Shown: in pieces, positions 37,401-47,262 of the stretch | How the letters are laid out: each line of letters starts with the position of its first letter | How positions within the stretch are numbered: the stretch's first letter is position 1 | IMG/VR virus record: IMGVR_UViG_3300047560_002412 | Location: 64,728 to 128,727 of that record | Source: a virus | DNA: 64,000 nt | Direction: 5' to 3' (one strand) | Made by a program: the position numbers and the translations under genes | The notes under the pieces: generated by a model | Databases searched by the model: none | The model's input: the letters and a program-made list of their open reading frames with translations, nothing else | What the model was told of the DNA's origin: nothing

Positions 37401-38591
37401 ATTAATGCTGATGTTAATTCTAGTGCCGCTATTGATCAATCTAAATTAAACATGACTGCTGCCAGCACTCGTGCTAGTGCTACAGGTATTGCTCAAGCAG
37501 ATTTAGGTTTAGCAAGTTTTGACAATTCACAATTTACATCTACCAATGGTTGGATTACCGTTTCAAATAATGGTTTATTAGTTGGCAAAATTCAACAAAT
37601 TGGTGCAAGAACCGTTTTAGGTAATTCTAGTGTTACAACAGATAACGTTGCCGCAGTTAACTTTAGTACGGTTGTTGATGTTGGTGGAGCTATTAAAAAA
37701 TCTCAATACAATACAACAGGGTACCTAAGAAGAAATAATTCATTATCAAGCACACTTGATTCTGACTATTCTATTATTACAGATGCTACTGATTTAACGG
37801 TTAACACTCTTGTTAAGAGAGATTCAAATGGCGACTTTGCTGCAAGAACTCTTACATTACAAGATGTTAAATTAAAACTTTCTTCAGAAACAAGTTCAAG
37901 TTTAACACTTGCTAGAAACTCAACTGCAACAGGCGGTACTACACGACTTTATGCCTTTAACGGCCAAGGTGGTGTTTTAATTGGTTCTGGTTCTTTAACG
38001 GCAGATAATACAACCTACTACGACAATAACGCTCATTCGTTTAGAACTCAAGATGGTTTTAGTGCTGCTCCTATTAGCTGTTCAAGAGTTACCGCTACAG
38101 CACTTACTACAGGTGCAGATACTACGTCGGGTACAATTACTGGTCAATGGATATTGGCTAGTACACCGGGCGGATCAACTAAAGGTAATTCAAGATTGCA
38201 GGCAACTTATGCTGCTGACCTTGCAGAATTTTACGAGGGAGATCAAGAATACGAAGTTGGAACCGTTCTAGTATTTGGTGGTGATAAAGAAGTTACAACA
38301 ACAAATTCTTTAGGCGATACAAGAGTAGCAGGTGTTGTTTCGGATAATGCAGCATATTCAATGTATGGTGCTTGTCCAGGATTTAAAAATCAAATTGCCT
38401 TACAAGGTCGTGTACCATGTAAGGTAGTTGGAAAAATTAAGAAAGGTGACATCTTAGTAACCAGTAAAATACCTGGGGTTGCTATTGCATCCACAGGCGA
38501 TATTAAGACAGGTTCTTCGGTGGGCAAAGCGTTACAAGAATACGATTCAGATCACATTGGCACTATTGAAGTTGCCGTAGGAAGAACATAA
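31449..38591 (+). CDS. Giant virion structural protein (baseplate/tail fibre, 2380 aa)
   Basis: T4 gp9/gp10-like N-terminus (IDIGAVGNDGTGDSIRDSFRKVNDNFRELY), GSGY/F beta repeats, three helical CxRD repeats, two HG-x-x-x-G beta domains, C-terminal ADLAE...ALQGRVPCKV chaperone-like domain. Confidence 0.85.
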   Translation: MARKIIDIGAVGNDGTGDSIRDSFRKVNDNFRELYSSLGLGENLTFKGLDDTPTSYAGYENSILAVNNTETGIQFKQLTAGTGIQLDFTSNTNEITINTLFAEISGDPSPQLGGNLSTRSGATQYRILDLGTTSNPLLPIYQHEAVNKSYADSKISRAGVEAIDPRTGFVNPDFGTMSGPLILSRDPEPTDDEVYDGLIAATKRYVDNSAFGSAVNLYVATSGQDERTGVSEQLQGRALAYAYRTIEAALKRAEELVNESRLDIGPYKKVLTYNEGEFKCTLSSISTAPSSGSGFTGKVYMSADTVTLQTRGTNYRVGDIITLAGGSGSPTTLEVLSTISNPGGISTFRVVSSGVYDVLPGNTAVPTISDSEFGVGAKFNVTYKVNNIEIISGGSSYGLVSVRITRGIGDTTGSGAFGTAEVAGGIVQSITITDQGSGFTVLPNVVVDLPRFKIYTNGLRTDFTGDVLSGDPVAARGRDIREGLYLKGETSGALAQILSHNGSLDGGDEIFDVDIKYGTFELGEEIAYGDVTKTIQISVLIESGIYEENYPLKVPQNVAIIGDEFRRVIVKPRSGESSSPWAFQYFRRDLEIDGLTTAEQLYGYHYLADPTMPVYPMVNNPGHFRSAADLLQLNKVFLQNEITAWINYRVTNNVTPFDDTFEYNERLCARDVGLIVDAIAFDLRYGGYSRSVSSALKYKSNASALIAITDQLTQTSAALVHLNDLAQTIISNTEITEVYNTIKAQTIDLAFVSELGSGAVINELFTAIVDIINNSGSVNYPKNNNDLDVFLCNDANIVRAVTCQGHGGFMMVLDPEGQILAKSPYAQECASFTRSKDVHVFAGGMFIDGFTGNLKFKITEVVTTTFLRVTDLMRLPNLPASFIVNDTVYRINYVRDFVYSPTGSSASLILDEVTPWPFGVFDYNEDICSRDVGLILEGVGYDFVLGTNYHARKAGFTYREQNAEVVVQEQLTLTLDAIHYAHDLAYAAISGDAASQATLRLDETALTTIIENGKTFAPALSLINPASMTTNQANAKALLYANIQYIRDQAIGWIEAQVAGNVAPFSSSFTYNSDRCSRDIQYIIEAMLYDFTYGGNSQSRDAALKYYDGVGDLEVLQLGAGETEETIAALDYVKYLVQQVVRNLPPASSYSATSRQTGSAGTLTEATTLGNLIQIVIDVVTSGTSAAPTATYPTLTGYNSTALDSRTALLAAKSSIQSDTIDYINSIANVYEILMPGNRSMLANDFTQVADMGYGIMVTNGGLLEAVSVFTYYCYISYYALNGGQIRSVSGSSAHGVYALVAEGSDPLEIPTPVSLYYNLSQGATVYFPSALYANTVGGLSLYVNNYDYVPLSNGELEVIHTDGDLYRYSVNSVDTQDLPAGVAKLNIASTGNSTTAGLTYSIPNGTKVTIRQNSQVVLTGDVVEVATRPSTALKLNETESVYRVLQFEEYTDDNGSQICTITTGNPGQINCTAHGQIAGYIVSFSSTGTLPTGITAGTRYFIISEDISENTFRISESRGGIPIEITSAGTGTISFSPYGLARTTLRENYNYIELTPWSPNEFVGATSTFTVTVAAPAVFTSNSHGLSSGDVIAFTTTGSLPDGLSITKNYFVLSTGLSTHSFRVSLTPGGDPAETTGTQTGVHSWGKVKGRVGDSNFAVVPIGPEDRTRIVGTKFVWIGTEYTIIQYDAEGVTNEPYARVYLDTPLVDDILTFSSPPSLKAGVPNKTSNASGSLTIRISLTRVTGHDLLEIGTGSYADTNYPNEIYGAAVNPLNPATETAERGSGRTFYVTTDQFGNFNVGPYFRVDQGTGRVTFSAAIALSNLDGIGFKRGVPIAEFSTDSSFSDNATDTVPTENATRIYLERRLGLTHTGEIVPDVQLIPQITGGFMPLNGNLTMNGDMDLGTHRIKNVEDPVELTDAVNLQSLTLDNLQDFTPGNIEANDFVVFTGSGNEITNAAVVGDILFDIDSTANTIDAQIQPGVIINADVNSSAAIDQSKLNMTAASTRASATGIAQADLGLASFDNSQFTSTNGWITVSNNGLLVGKIQQIGARTVLGNSSVTTDNVAAVNFSTVVDVGGAIKKSQYNTTGYLRRNNSLSSTLDSDYSIITDATDLTVNTLVKRDSNGDFAARTLTLQDVKLKLSSETSSSLTLARNSTATGGTTRLYAFNGQGGVLIGSGSLTADNTTYYDNNAHSFRTQDGFSAAPISCSRVTATALTTGADTTSGTITGQWILASTPGGSTKGNSRLQATYAADLAEFYEGDQEYEVGTVLVFGGDKEVTTTNSLGDTRVAGVVSDNAAYSMYGACPGFKNQIALQGRVPCKVVGKIKKGDILVTSKIPGVAIASTGDIKTGSSVGKALQEYDSDHIGTIEVAVGRT

Positions 38592-38592
38592 T

Positions 38593-40266
38593 ATGGCTAG
38601 AAGAGAAATTGATCCAAAACAACCACCAATTCTTTGGGACACCGTTAATTCTGCATTTGAAAAAATTAACGATAACTTCATAGAATTATATGCAACAATT
38701 GGCGGAGGCGATCCTGTAGATTTAACAGCATTATCAACAGATATTGTTCCTTCAAGTAATTCAATATATGATTTAGGTTCATCAGCACGACGATGGAAAG
38801 ATTTATATCTTAGCGGCAACTCAATCCATTTAGGATCAGCAATTTTATCGTCAACTGGAAGCATTGTTAACCTTCCTGCTGGTTCAACTATTGGTGGACA
38901 ACTAATTAAAGATCCGATCGAAGCATCATTTAAAACCGTTTCAGTTTCCGGACAAAGTGATATTGTTGCTGACAATACCACCGACACATTAACTTTTGTA
39001 AACGGCACTGGTATTACAATGACCACGGTAGCTGGCACGGATTCCTTAACTATTACTAATAGCGGTGTTACGCAGGTAATAGGAACTACTGGTCAAATTG
39101 GAGTAAGTGGGACAGGAAAAGGTAATGTAACATTAACTAACCTAGGAGTTACTAGTGCAACAGCCGGTTCTGGTATCAGTGTAAGTGCAGCCACTGGTGG
39201 AATTACAATTGCCAACACTGGCGTTATTAAATTACTTGCAGGTACTGGTATTATTTTAGATCCGTCAATTGGTACAGGAACGGTAACAATTACTAACAGC
39301 TCTCCTAATATTACACAAAACATTTGGCGTTTTATTGCTGTAGCTGGCCAAAGTTCTTTAGATCCTCAAAATTCATCGGATATTTTAACCTTTGCAAATG
39401 GTACTGGCATTAACATAACAACCAATGCAGGATCCGATACCGTAACCGTAACTAATACAGGCGTTACAAGCATTGCCGGCAGTACTGGAATTAGCGTAAG
39501 CGCAGGAACAGGAAGTGTTACATTAACTAATACAGGTGTTACTAGTTTATCTGCTGGTGCAGGAATTAGTATAAGTTCAAGTACTGGTAGCGTTACAATT
39601 TCAAATACCAAGGTTGGGTTTGTTAATATTGGTGTGCAAGGCCAAGATTCTTGTATTGCAGATGCCGTATCGGATACCTTAACATTTATTGCAGGAACAG
39701 GTATTGAATTATTAACTGATCCAACTAGTGACACCATTACTATTTCTGCAGAAGGAAATATTAAACAAAGTATATTTGGTGAAGATTCTTCATTATTAGT
39801 TGATGCTATCAATTCTCAGATTGTAGGTACTATTAATTCATCAGATGGTTATGGAAATACTATTAGTATGAATCCAACCTATGGTGTAGTAATTGGAGGT
39901 ACAGGAGGAGCAAGTGTTATAGGAGCAGCAACAGCTCCTGTATATATTGGTGCGGGACCTAGCGGTACAACCACTGGTCCGATAACCATTGGACATTCTG
40001 GCAATGCTACAACCGTATTAGGCTCGTTAACTGCAACAAATTTCTTTACAAGTTTAATCGATTCAACAGATTCGTCAACAATTACCGTTGTTCCAACCGT
40101 AGTGTTTAATACCGATGGAACTTTTGAAAATGATTTAATTGTTAGAAATAAACTAACGGTATTTGGATCTATTGCTGATCATATTAGTACAACAGAATTA
40201 AAAGCACTTGTGGCAGCAAGTACAGACTTTGCTGATTTTAAAGCAAGAATAGCAGCATTAGCATAA
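38593..40266 (+). CDS. Tail fibre protein with Gly/Thr repeats
   Basis: AFEKINDNFIELY N-terminus; tandem NTGVTSxxAGxGIxVSxxTGxVTI and F.....GQ....AD...DTLTF..GTGI repeats. Confidence 0.8.
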   Translation: MARREIDPKQPPILWDTVNSAFEKINDNFIELYATIGGGDPVDLTALSTDIVPSSNSIYDLGSSARRWKDLYLSGNSIHLGSAILSSTGSIVNLPAGSTIGGQLIKDPIEASFKTVSVSGQSDIVADNTTDTLTFVNGTGITMTTVAGTDSLTITNSGVTQVIGTTGQIGVSGTGKGNVTLTNLGVTSATAGSGISVSAATGGITIANTGVIKLLAGTGIILDPSIGTGTVTITNSSPNITQNIWRFIAVAGQSSLDPQNSSDILTFANGTGINITTNAGSDTVTVTNTGVTSIAGSTGISVSAGTGSVTLTNTGVTSLSAGAGISISSSTGSVTISNTKVGFVNIGVQGQDSCIADAVSDTLTFIAGTGIELLTDPTSDTITISAEGNIKQSIFGEDSSLLVDAINSQIVGTINSSDGYGNTISMNPTYGVVIGGTGGASVIGAATAPVYIGAGPSGTTTGPITIGHSGNATTVLGSLTATNFFTSLIDSTDSSTITVVPTVVFNTDGTFENDLIVRNKLTVFGSIADHISTTELKALVAASTDFADFKARIAALA

Positions 40267-40277
40267 CGGAGTGATCA

Positions 40278-41015
40278 ATGACAAAACAAACAATAAATGT
40301 AGGAGCAAATGCTAATGATCGCAAAGGAGATAGTCTCCGAACTGCCTTTCAAAAGGTAAATGCAAATTTCACAGAGCTATTTAACAGCAGTGGATTTACT
40401 GGAACCACTGATAGATTAGTTAACGGAGATTCTGAAGCAGTATTAAGTTCTTCCGGAATCCTGACACTTCCTTTTAACAATTATTTAGAAACAATTGATA
40501 TCAATTTACAAATAGGTTCGCAAGGTGTTGTTACTATTCGTAGTGATGCCGCAAGCAATCTTACTACAAAATCTTGGACATTTGATACAGACGGTAGTTT
40601 AACTTTGCCGGCTGCAGGATTTGTTAGACAAAATCATAGTTTTATTAGGGCAACAACTGCATCAGCTCCAGCTGCAACAGGAACGGTAGTATGGTCAGCT
40701 AATCAAGATTGGACTTCTGCTATCAAGCTAACTATACAAGTAGAAGGCAATGTAACTGGAGATGCTACAGGTTGGCACGTACAGACTTGCGAAGCTACCA
40801 TTGCTTCAAGAGGATATGCTAACGGCACTTACGGTTACGGAGATCCAGAAATGTCAGTTTATGGAATAATTTATACCAGCCCATCGCCGCTGGCAACTTT
40901 TGAAGTTCAAAGAAACCCAACCACAAGATTCGTCGAAGTACTGGCAACTGGTACAGATCTCAACAATAATATCACCGTTTCTATACATTCATTAGAAATT
41001 GGTACAGCAGATTAA
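40278..41015 (+). CDS. Baseplate/fibre protein with gp9/gp10-like N-terminus
   Basis: INVGANANDRKGDSLRTAFQKVNANFTELF; WTFDTDGSLTLP. Confidence 0.75.
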   Translation: MTKQTINVGANANDRKGDSLRTAFQKVNANFTELFNSSGFTGTTDRLVNGDSEAVLSSSGILTLPFNNYLETIDINLQIGSQGVVTIRSDAASNLTTKSWTFDTDGSLTLPAAGFVRQNHSFIRATTASAPAATGTVVWSANQDWTSAIKLTIQVEGNVTGDATGWHVQTCEATIASRGYANGTYGYGDPEMSVYGIIYTSPSPLATFEVQRNPTTRFVEVLATGTDLNNNITVSIHSLEIGTAD

Positions 41016-41030
41016 TAAGGAAGAGCGACT

Positions 41031-44000
41031 ATGGCAATTAAACCATTTGAAATACAAAGTTCAACACTAACAATTGGCGGTGTTGATTTACAAGCAGGTA
41101 ACACCAGTGTTGTTATTCCTGGCGTTACACAAGCAACAAACTACAAAGTAGAAGACGTTAATGATACCGGTGATCAAACATTAACATTTGAAAGTCCTCC
41201 GTTAATCATCGACTATGCTAGATGGCAGACTTTCCAACAATACGGCAATGCTAATGGCAATACATTTGCCGAGTTTATGGCACAATTGGACGACGACGGA
41301 TACATTGACGAAATCGCTGTAGATAGTGCTGGCTCGTATAGTCCTACATTAGTTGAAATGAACGAAGGCAATGACATGTTCATTTACTCTGCTAGTGCAG
41401 TAGATCCTTTTAATCCATTTGTTGACTCAGACTGGACACAGATTCCATTCCGTCCTAAGATGCGAGCCGGCGAAGTTGAAACTATCGGCGGCGGTGGCAG
41501 TACTGGTAACATTACATTTGACGGTAATACTATTAGTTCTCAAGAAGGATATCCTACATTAGTCAATGCTGAAGGTAGCGATGGTGGTGTTGAGATTGAC
41601 TACGATAGCGAAACGGTCAGTCATGCTATGTGGTTAAATGGCGAAGACGGCCTACAAATCCAAATCAATAGACATTTAGAAGAAGGCCAATCTAACTGGC
41701 ATTTTAGCACAGACGGTGCTTTAACATTCCCAGATGGCACAAAACAAACTACAGCCTACACTGGACAAAGTGGTGGTAGTACTTCAACATTATATGTTGC
41801 TGTTAACTCTGATGGCAGATCATTTACTTCCTCTGACGGCATATCTTGGACAGAATATACAACTAATATGCTTGGAGTGGGCAGAGTTGCTGTTGGCCCT
41901 AATATGATTGTATATACTGCAAATGCTGTTGATGTTAGTAATGGTGATGGAGGTGCTTTATGGTACGCATCAACTGATACTCCTGGAACGGTAACTGAAG
42001 TTACTGGGTTTAGCGGTTTTAGTTTTGAGCAAGTAAAATATTTTGCCAGCATTGAAAAATTTGTAGCGGTGGGTAGTAACACTGATAACCTACCAGTTAT
42101 TCTATATAGTTCTAACGGAACAAGTTGGATACAGGTAGATCTCGATAGCGGGTTCCTTGCCGCATTTGATAATGGTGCTGGATTCCAAGGTAACGCACAA
42201 TTCTATGACATTGAAACTAACGGCGTTGGATTCTTACTAACTACTAGCAATAACAACCTAGGTGCTTTCTACACCACAGATATTACAACGCCAATGGGGC
42301 AAAACTCTTGGATTGATTTCAGCGGTTTAGGATTAGAATACCCATTTACTAGAATAGCCTACGCTGCCGCTGGAGAGTTTACCGGCTGGCACATAATGCA
42401 GAATAACGGCCCTGATAGCGATGCTTGGTACTATAATAACAACATAGATCCAACATACGGTGGGTTTAGTCAATTTGCCATCGGCGATATAGGTAGCGCA
42501 TTTGCCGCGGAAGTAAACTACGAACCAGATGTATCAGAAGTTGTGTTTGGTGCTTACAACGACATCACAACAATTATGATTGCTACTACTAACGGACAGA
42601 TACTATATTGGCCTGCTATCCCAGACGGTCCGTGGGTCAGCATTCCTAAACCATACACCGCAACAGATTTTAGCATTAACCAATCAAGTACTGCGGCAAT
42701 TACATTTGGTAACTATAGCGCCAACACTAATGAAAAGATTGTGCTGTCTAATTGTACTCCGTCAGACTACAACGGAACATACTATGTTGGCAGCGGAAAT
42801 ATGTTATATACAGATTCTGGTGTGTCTTCAGCGTTTGATTCTTCTGGCCTTGGAGCTTTTATATCAGGTACACTAACATTCAGTCATGGACAATACATCG
42901 ACGCACTACACTACTCAGGCGGTAAGTTTTATGCTGGCAACGATGATGAAGAAATGTTTGTGTCTACTAACGGTGGCGCAACTTGGATATTAGCAGATAC
43001 ATTTACTGGTAGTCCAGGCGAACCAGACTATATGAATGATATTGATTCATATGTGACAACAACTAGTGGTAGTAGTCTTACTAACGGTGCTTATTCGTTC
43101 ACTCTAAACAGCGATGGCACTATTACTTTACCAACCATAGGGATGACTTCTTATGAACCCGGTTACACTATCAATGGACCAACATTCCAAATGGGTAATG
43201 ATCCAACGGTCGGTGAAACTATTATCACAGGACCGGCACCTAATAGTAACAATCCAAGTGCCAGACGATTAATCATCCAAGGACAACGAGGGTTTGGCGG
43301 TTGGGGAGATTCTGCTGTCGGTGAAGGTGGTGACATTTATCTATGGGCCGGTACTGGCGGTGAAAACGGCAATGGCAACGTTGGCTCAGGCGGTGACATT
43401 AAAATCCGTGGCGGTGTTGGACAAGCAGGTACAGAAGGCGGCGCATGGACAGAAGGCGGATATGTAAAGATTGAAGGCGGTGATGTCCAGTGGGGTTACG
43501 GTACAGGCGGATTTGTTGAAATCAACGCAGGTAGTACTAGCCAAGGTCTCGGCGGCCTAGGTGATGGCGGTGATGTAACTATTCGTGCTGGACTAGGTTC
43601 TGTTAACAACGGCGAAGTACACATTTATACCAGCAGTAATGGCAATACCTATGATAACGAATGGGTGTTTAAGAATGACGGTTCCCTACAATTACCAAGT
43701 GGTACTCCGCTTAATGCTGATTTAAACGGCTACGGTAACGATCCAGGTACAGGATTCAAATATACTTTCACAGCAGACTTTTATGGTCTTCAAAGTAACG
43801 GAATGGGAACAATCACCGGAGTAGTGTTATCAGATGGATTTATAAGCACAATAGTAGCGGGTTGTATCATAACTTTCCGTAACGGTGAAACTAGAATAAT
43901 CAACGGCGGCACTACTGATGGACAAGATACCGGAGCCGCATTATACACCTGGGACGGTGCCGAAGTTGTTAGTGAATGGACTAACCCAGCGTTTCCAATA

Positions 44001-46601
44001 ACTATTGAGTCTGGCGATTATGTTCCTTCAACTAAGAAAACTGCCAAAATTAATCCTGATACCGACTATGTAAGCCTTGGCCAGTATATGGAAATTTATA
44101 CAGGCGGTGCTCCTAGCACAATGGATGACTTAGGTCATATCCATATGAAAGGACACACAGGTAATGTTGAACTATTCTTAGGTACTGATGATAACTTTGT
44201 CAGCAGTAAAGAAGCAGGTACAACACCTGGTCATGTTTCAATGCGTTCAGAAACAGAAATTAAAGTTATTGAAACTGCGCTTCGCACTACACGCAACGGT
44301 AGTACATTTGTCAGCGATTATGGTGACAACTATAACTATCTTTGGGCCTTAGACAACTATAACGACATTAGTCATAACTGCGTAACAACAGATCCTGACG
44401 GAAATTATTATATTGGCGGCGAACATCATACTACTGCTGACGCAATGATTAGCAAGTTTAGCAAAGATGGCGAACTTATCTGGAGTAAACTTGTTGGATC
44501 AGATGCTTGGAATGCTAATGCTATTGCCTACAATCCAGCCCTAGGTCAAGTTGGAGTTGCTTGTACTGCTAATCCAGATAGAAGTCACGAATATATTAAA
44601 TTAGTTACATTTACTAGTGATGGTCAAGAAGTTAGTACACGAGATTTTTACGATGTAGATAACAGCATTTATGCTACCGATATGGCTTCACACCCAACAT
44701 TGGGTTGGATCGTATCTGCTAATTCATATGGTGAGGAAGTTGTAAAAGCAGGCTTAACACCACAAACAGGTTCGGGTGTCGGCTTGTTGATACTTGATGC
44801 GTCAGCAACTACAATTCTTGGAGATTTAATGAGTGCTCCAGATACTAGTTGGAAGATATCGGGCACAAACATCATGGGCAAGCAAACGCTTGGTAGTGCT
44901 ATTGGCGCATTTACAAATATATCTTTAGTAAATGACACCGTGGCTAATCCTGCGGCCGGCGGTGCTGTTATTACCGTACGCATTGATTATAAGAATGGTG
45001 TGTATTATGACATTAGTGAAGTAACAGCCGTTGGTTCTAACTATACCGCCGGCGACACACTAAGAGTAACTGGCAATTTGTTAGGTGGTACGACTCCAAC
45101 TAACGACGTGGTCTTTACTATAACAGAAAACGGCTCAGGTGGGTTGCAGGGTGGTACTGCCGCAGGCACTCCAAGTCTTTCAACTATTCGATTAGATATG
45201 ACCGCTATTGGATTCACCACTGAAGACTTTAGTACAGGTACTTACAGCATCCATAGACAAGTGAGCCAGCGTCCAGTTGTGCTAACGTCTACTTGGAGAA
45301 AGTTCCTTGATTTAGAAGACGGTGATGCTTATACCGAAGGTTGGTCAACTACCGTGTATGTTGACAGCGCAAATAATGTATTTGTTGGCGGAGCGATGAA
45401 TTCATCAATTAACGGTGGCAGTGGATGCGGATATGTTTGGAAGTTGAATTCATCAGGTGTTACACAATGGGTTTCAGGATTGGCAAGTTCGTTCAATGTT
45501 ACTAGTATTGCTACTGACTCGTATGGAGCTGTTTATGCATCAACCGCAAACTATTATGGTGGCGGAAATGAAATATATAAACTTGACAACCAAGGAGCAT
45601 ACAGCCTTTATAGATACGCTAACGGCCCGTACGGTGCTTGGAGTGCCCATTTAGATATTGCCCGCGATGAAACCGGTGACGAATATCTTTATGTTGGACT
45701 TAGCGGTTTTTATGCTATGTTTAGCAATACAGACGGGTTTGCTGTACAAAAATTTGACCTTGGCCTGACACCGGTCTGGGCTAGATATATGGAAATGTCT
45801 AATGGTCAAGGGATGTGGGTAGACTATGCTAACAATTTCCAACACTTTGCTTTAACATCTACACAGGCCGCTATAGTAGGTTATAGTGATATATTAGGCA
45901 CTGACTACGATAATGGTATGATAAGTTCGTTATGTATCACCAACGATTTTGTAGCAGATACAGAAGGCACTAGTGGCATAATAACTAAGACGGTAGATCT
46001 AGCTTGGTCATTTGATTCTGCACCTACAATCACTGACCTAATAGCATTAGGTGTAGAAGGCTTAGATAGTAGTGCTGAATATGAAGCCAATCCAGCTACA
46101 CTTACATGGTACAACCATAGATTCCAATGTAGAATTATAAATGGTAACTATGAAGTTAAAGGTATTGTTGGTGTTGACAACATCAAGTTTATCAACGGTG
46201 ACAACTTAGACCATAACCCAAGCGACATTCCAGAAAGTACACAGAATGTACAGCTCAATTGGGAAATTACCTTAACTCCTGGAGATCGTGGCAAGTTCAT
46301 TAAGAACCAACACGCACCGGGTGTAGGTTGGGTACAAAATTTAACAATCAATGTACCTAAGTCAGATGCAGAGTTTCCTGTAGGTAGTATCATTACATTG
46401 TTGAATCTTGATACTTCAGATGGTTACAGAATATATGTACAACCTGTAGATTGGGGTCAATCATCGGCAGCTCGTATTTGGGCAACAGGATATCTTAACC
46501 CAAGCATTTGGAGTTTTGGTGGTATGCAAACTGCTACCCTAATGAAGATAAGTCCGGACGATTGGTTGTTGACTGCTAATAATATTAGTAACGAGGATTA
46601 A
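41031..46601 (+). CDS. Large tail fibre/receptor-binding protein (beta-propellers, Gly-rich repeats)
   Basis: Asp-box-like S.DG.SW / STNGGATW motifs, GGxIxIxxG repeats, KxxxxGxxxW propeller repeats, WxFxxDGxL junctions. Confidence 0.75.
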   Translation: MAIKPFEIQSSTLTIGGVDLQAGNTSVVIPGVTQATNYKVEDVNDTGDQTLTFESPPLIIDYARWQTFQQYGNANGNTFAEFMAQLDDDGYIDEIAVDSAGSYSPTLVEMNEGNDMFIYSASAVDPFNPFVDSDWTQIPFRPKMRAGEVETIGGGGSTGNITFDGNTISSQEGYPTLVNAEGSDGGVEIDYDSETVSHAMWLNGEDGLQIQINRHLEEGQSNWHFSTDGALTFPDGTKQTTAYTGQSGGSTSTLYVAVNSDGRSFTSSDGISWTEYTTNMLGVGRVAVGPNMIVYTANAVDVSNGDGGALWYASTDTPGTVTEVTGFSGFSFEQVKYFASIEKFVAVGSNTDNLPVILYSSNGTSWIQVDLDSGFLAAFDNGAGFQGNAQFYDIETNGVGFLLTTSNNNLGAFYTTDITTPMGQNSWIDFSGLGLEYPFTRIAYAAAGEFTGWHIMQNNGPDSDAWYYNNNIDPTYGGFSQFAIGDIGSAFAAEVNYEPDVSEVVFGAYNDITTIMIATTNGQILYWPAIPDGPWVSIPKPYTATDFSINQSSTAAITFGNYSANTNEKIVLSNCTPSDYNGTYYVGSGNMLYTDSGVSSAFDSSGLGAFISGTLTFSHGQYIDALHYSGGKFYAGNDDEEMFVSTNGGATWILADTFTGSPGEPDYMNDIDSYVTTTSGSSLTNGAYSFTLNSDGTITLPTIGMTSYEPGYTINGPTFQMGNDPTVGETIITGPAPNSNNPSARRLIIQGQRGFGGWGDSAVGEGGDIYLWAGTGGENGNGNVGSGGDIKIRGGVGQAGTEGGAWTEGGYVKIEGGDVQWGYGTGGFVEINAGSTSQGLGGLGDGGDVTIRAGLGSVNNGEVHIYTSSNGNTYDNEWVFKNDGSLQLPSGTPLNADLNGYGNDPGTGFKYTFTADFYGLQSNGMGTITGVVLSDGFISTIVAGCIITFRNGETRIINGGTTDGQDTGAALYTWDGAEVVSEWTNPAFPITIESGDYVPSTKKTAKINPDTDYVSLGQYMEIYTGGAPSTMDDLGHIHMKGHTGNVELFLGTDDNFVSSKEAGTTPGHVSMRSETEIKVIETALRTTRNGSTFVSDYGDNYNYLWALDNYNDISHNCVTTDPDGNYYIGGEHHTTADAMISKFSKDGELIWSKLVGSDAWNANAIAYNPALGQVGVACTANPDRSHEYIKLVTFTSDGQEVSTRDFYDVDNSIYATDMASHPTLGWIVSANSYGEEVVKAGLTPQTGSGVGLLILDASATTILGDLMSAPDTSWKISGTNIMGKQTLGSAIGAFTNISLVNDTVANPAAGGAVITVRIDYKNGVYYDISEVTAVGSNYTAGDTLRVTGNLLGGTTPTNDVVFTITENGSGGLQGGTAAGTPSLSTIRLDMTAIGFTTEDFSTGTYSIHRQVSQRPVVLTSTWRKFLDLEDGDAYTEGWSTTVYVDSANNVFVGGAMNSSINGGSGCGYVWKLNSSGVTQWVSGLASSFNVTSIATDSYGAVYASTANYYGGGNEIYKLDNQGAYSLYRYANGPYGAWSAHLDIARDETGDEYLYVGLSGFYAMFSNTDGFAVQKFDLGLTPVWARYMEMSNGQGMWVDYANNFQHFALTSTQAAIVGYSDILGTDYDNGMISSLCITNDFVADTEGTSGIITKTVDLAWSFDSAPTITDLIALGVEGLDSSAEYEANPATLTWYNHRFQCRIINGNYEVKGIVGVDNIKFINGDNLDHNPSDIPESTQNVQLNWEITLTPGDRGKFIKNQHAPGVGWVQNLTINVPKSDAEFPVGSIITLLNLDTSDGYRIYVQPVDWGQSSAARIWATGYLNPSIWSFGGMQTATLMKISPDDWLLTANNISNED

Positions 46602-46602
46602 T

Positions 46603-47262
46603 ATGCCAGTAACACAAATATTAGCAGCCGCGGGACACGCATTAGGAGGCCCTGCCGGATCATATGTATGGAATGGCACTCCTAGTACACACCTGTATGC
46701 CGGAGGGATAACTCCATCATTAATATCTCGCACCTTTCCCGACACTAGTAGAAGTAATGTATTAAACTTTACTGGTGGCGGTTGGGTTGAATCGGATATT
46801 TTAGGAACGGTTGATGAATATTATTTAGATTTTTGGTTCTGGCCAACAGCCGCAAATGTTGCTATATTTTCTGAAACCGATGTTGGCGGAGCAGAAGCCA
46901 ACGGATACCATTACAATATGATTGAAATAAGATCTGACGGTAAGATAAATGCAGGAACTTGGACCGGCACTATAACTTATGTTACTTCAAATAACCCAGT
47001 TACACTTAACGCTTGGAATCACATATATTTCTATTACAGCGCAAATTCTATTCGTTTAGAATTAAACGGTAGCAGTGATCAGGTAAATCAAACAAGTGTA
47101 ACACGCGATCATCCAACTTCTTCTTATTTTGGCGTTGGCATGAGTGACTGGACTTATATAACAACTACAAATAGGTACCAAGGCTATATGGATACTTGGT
47201 ACGGTGGTACAACCGTACAAAGTTCTAGATATACTTCAACTAAAGCCAAGTACGGTTATTAA
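46603..47262 (+). CDS. LamG/concanavalin-A-like lectin domain protein (putative adhesin)
   Basis: LNF.G, FWFWP, LNAWNHI...LNG, YQGYMD. Confidence 0.7.
   Translation: MPVTQILAAAGHALGGPAGSYVWNGTPSTHLYAGGITPSLISRTFPDTSRSNVLNFTGGGWVESDILGTVDEYYLDFWFWPTAANVAIFSETDVGGAEANGYHYNMIEIRSDGKINAGTWTGTITYVTSNNPVTLNAWNHIYFYYSANSIRLELNGSSDQVNQTSVTRDHPTSSYFGVGMSDWTYITTTNRYQGYMDTWYGGTTVQSSRYTSTKAKYGY

Noticed and set aside
39050-39750. Repeated sequence in 38593..40266 as a DNA repeat array
   Set aside because: Repeats are conserved at the protein level with synonymous divergence: ordinary fibre-shaft repeats
35546-46745. Numerous antisense and alternate-frame ORFs (60-163 aa) within the fibre genes
   Set aside because: Shadow ORFs caused by Gly/Thr/Ser codon bias of the real genes; no RBS or motifs
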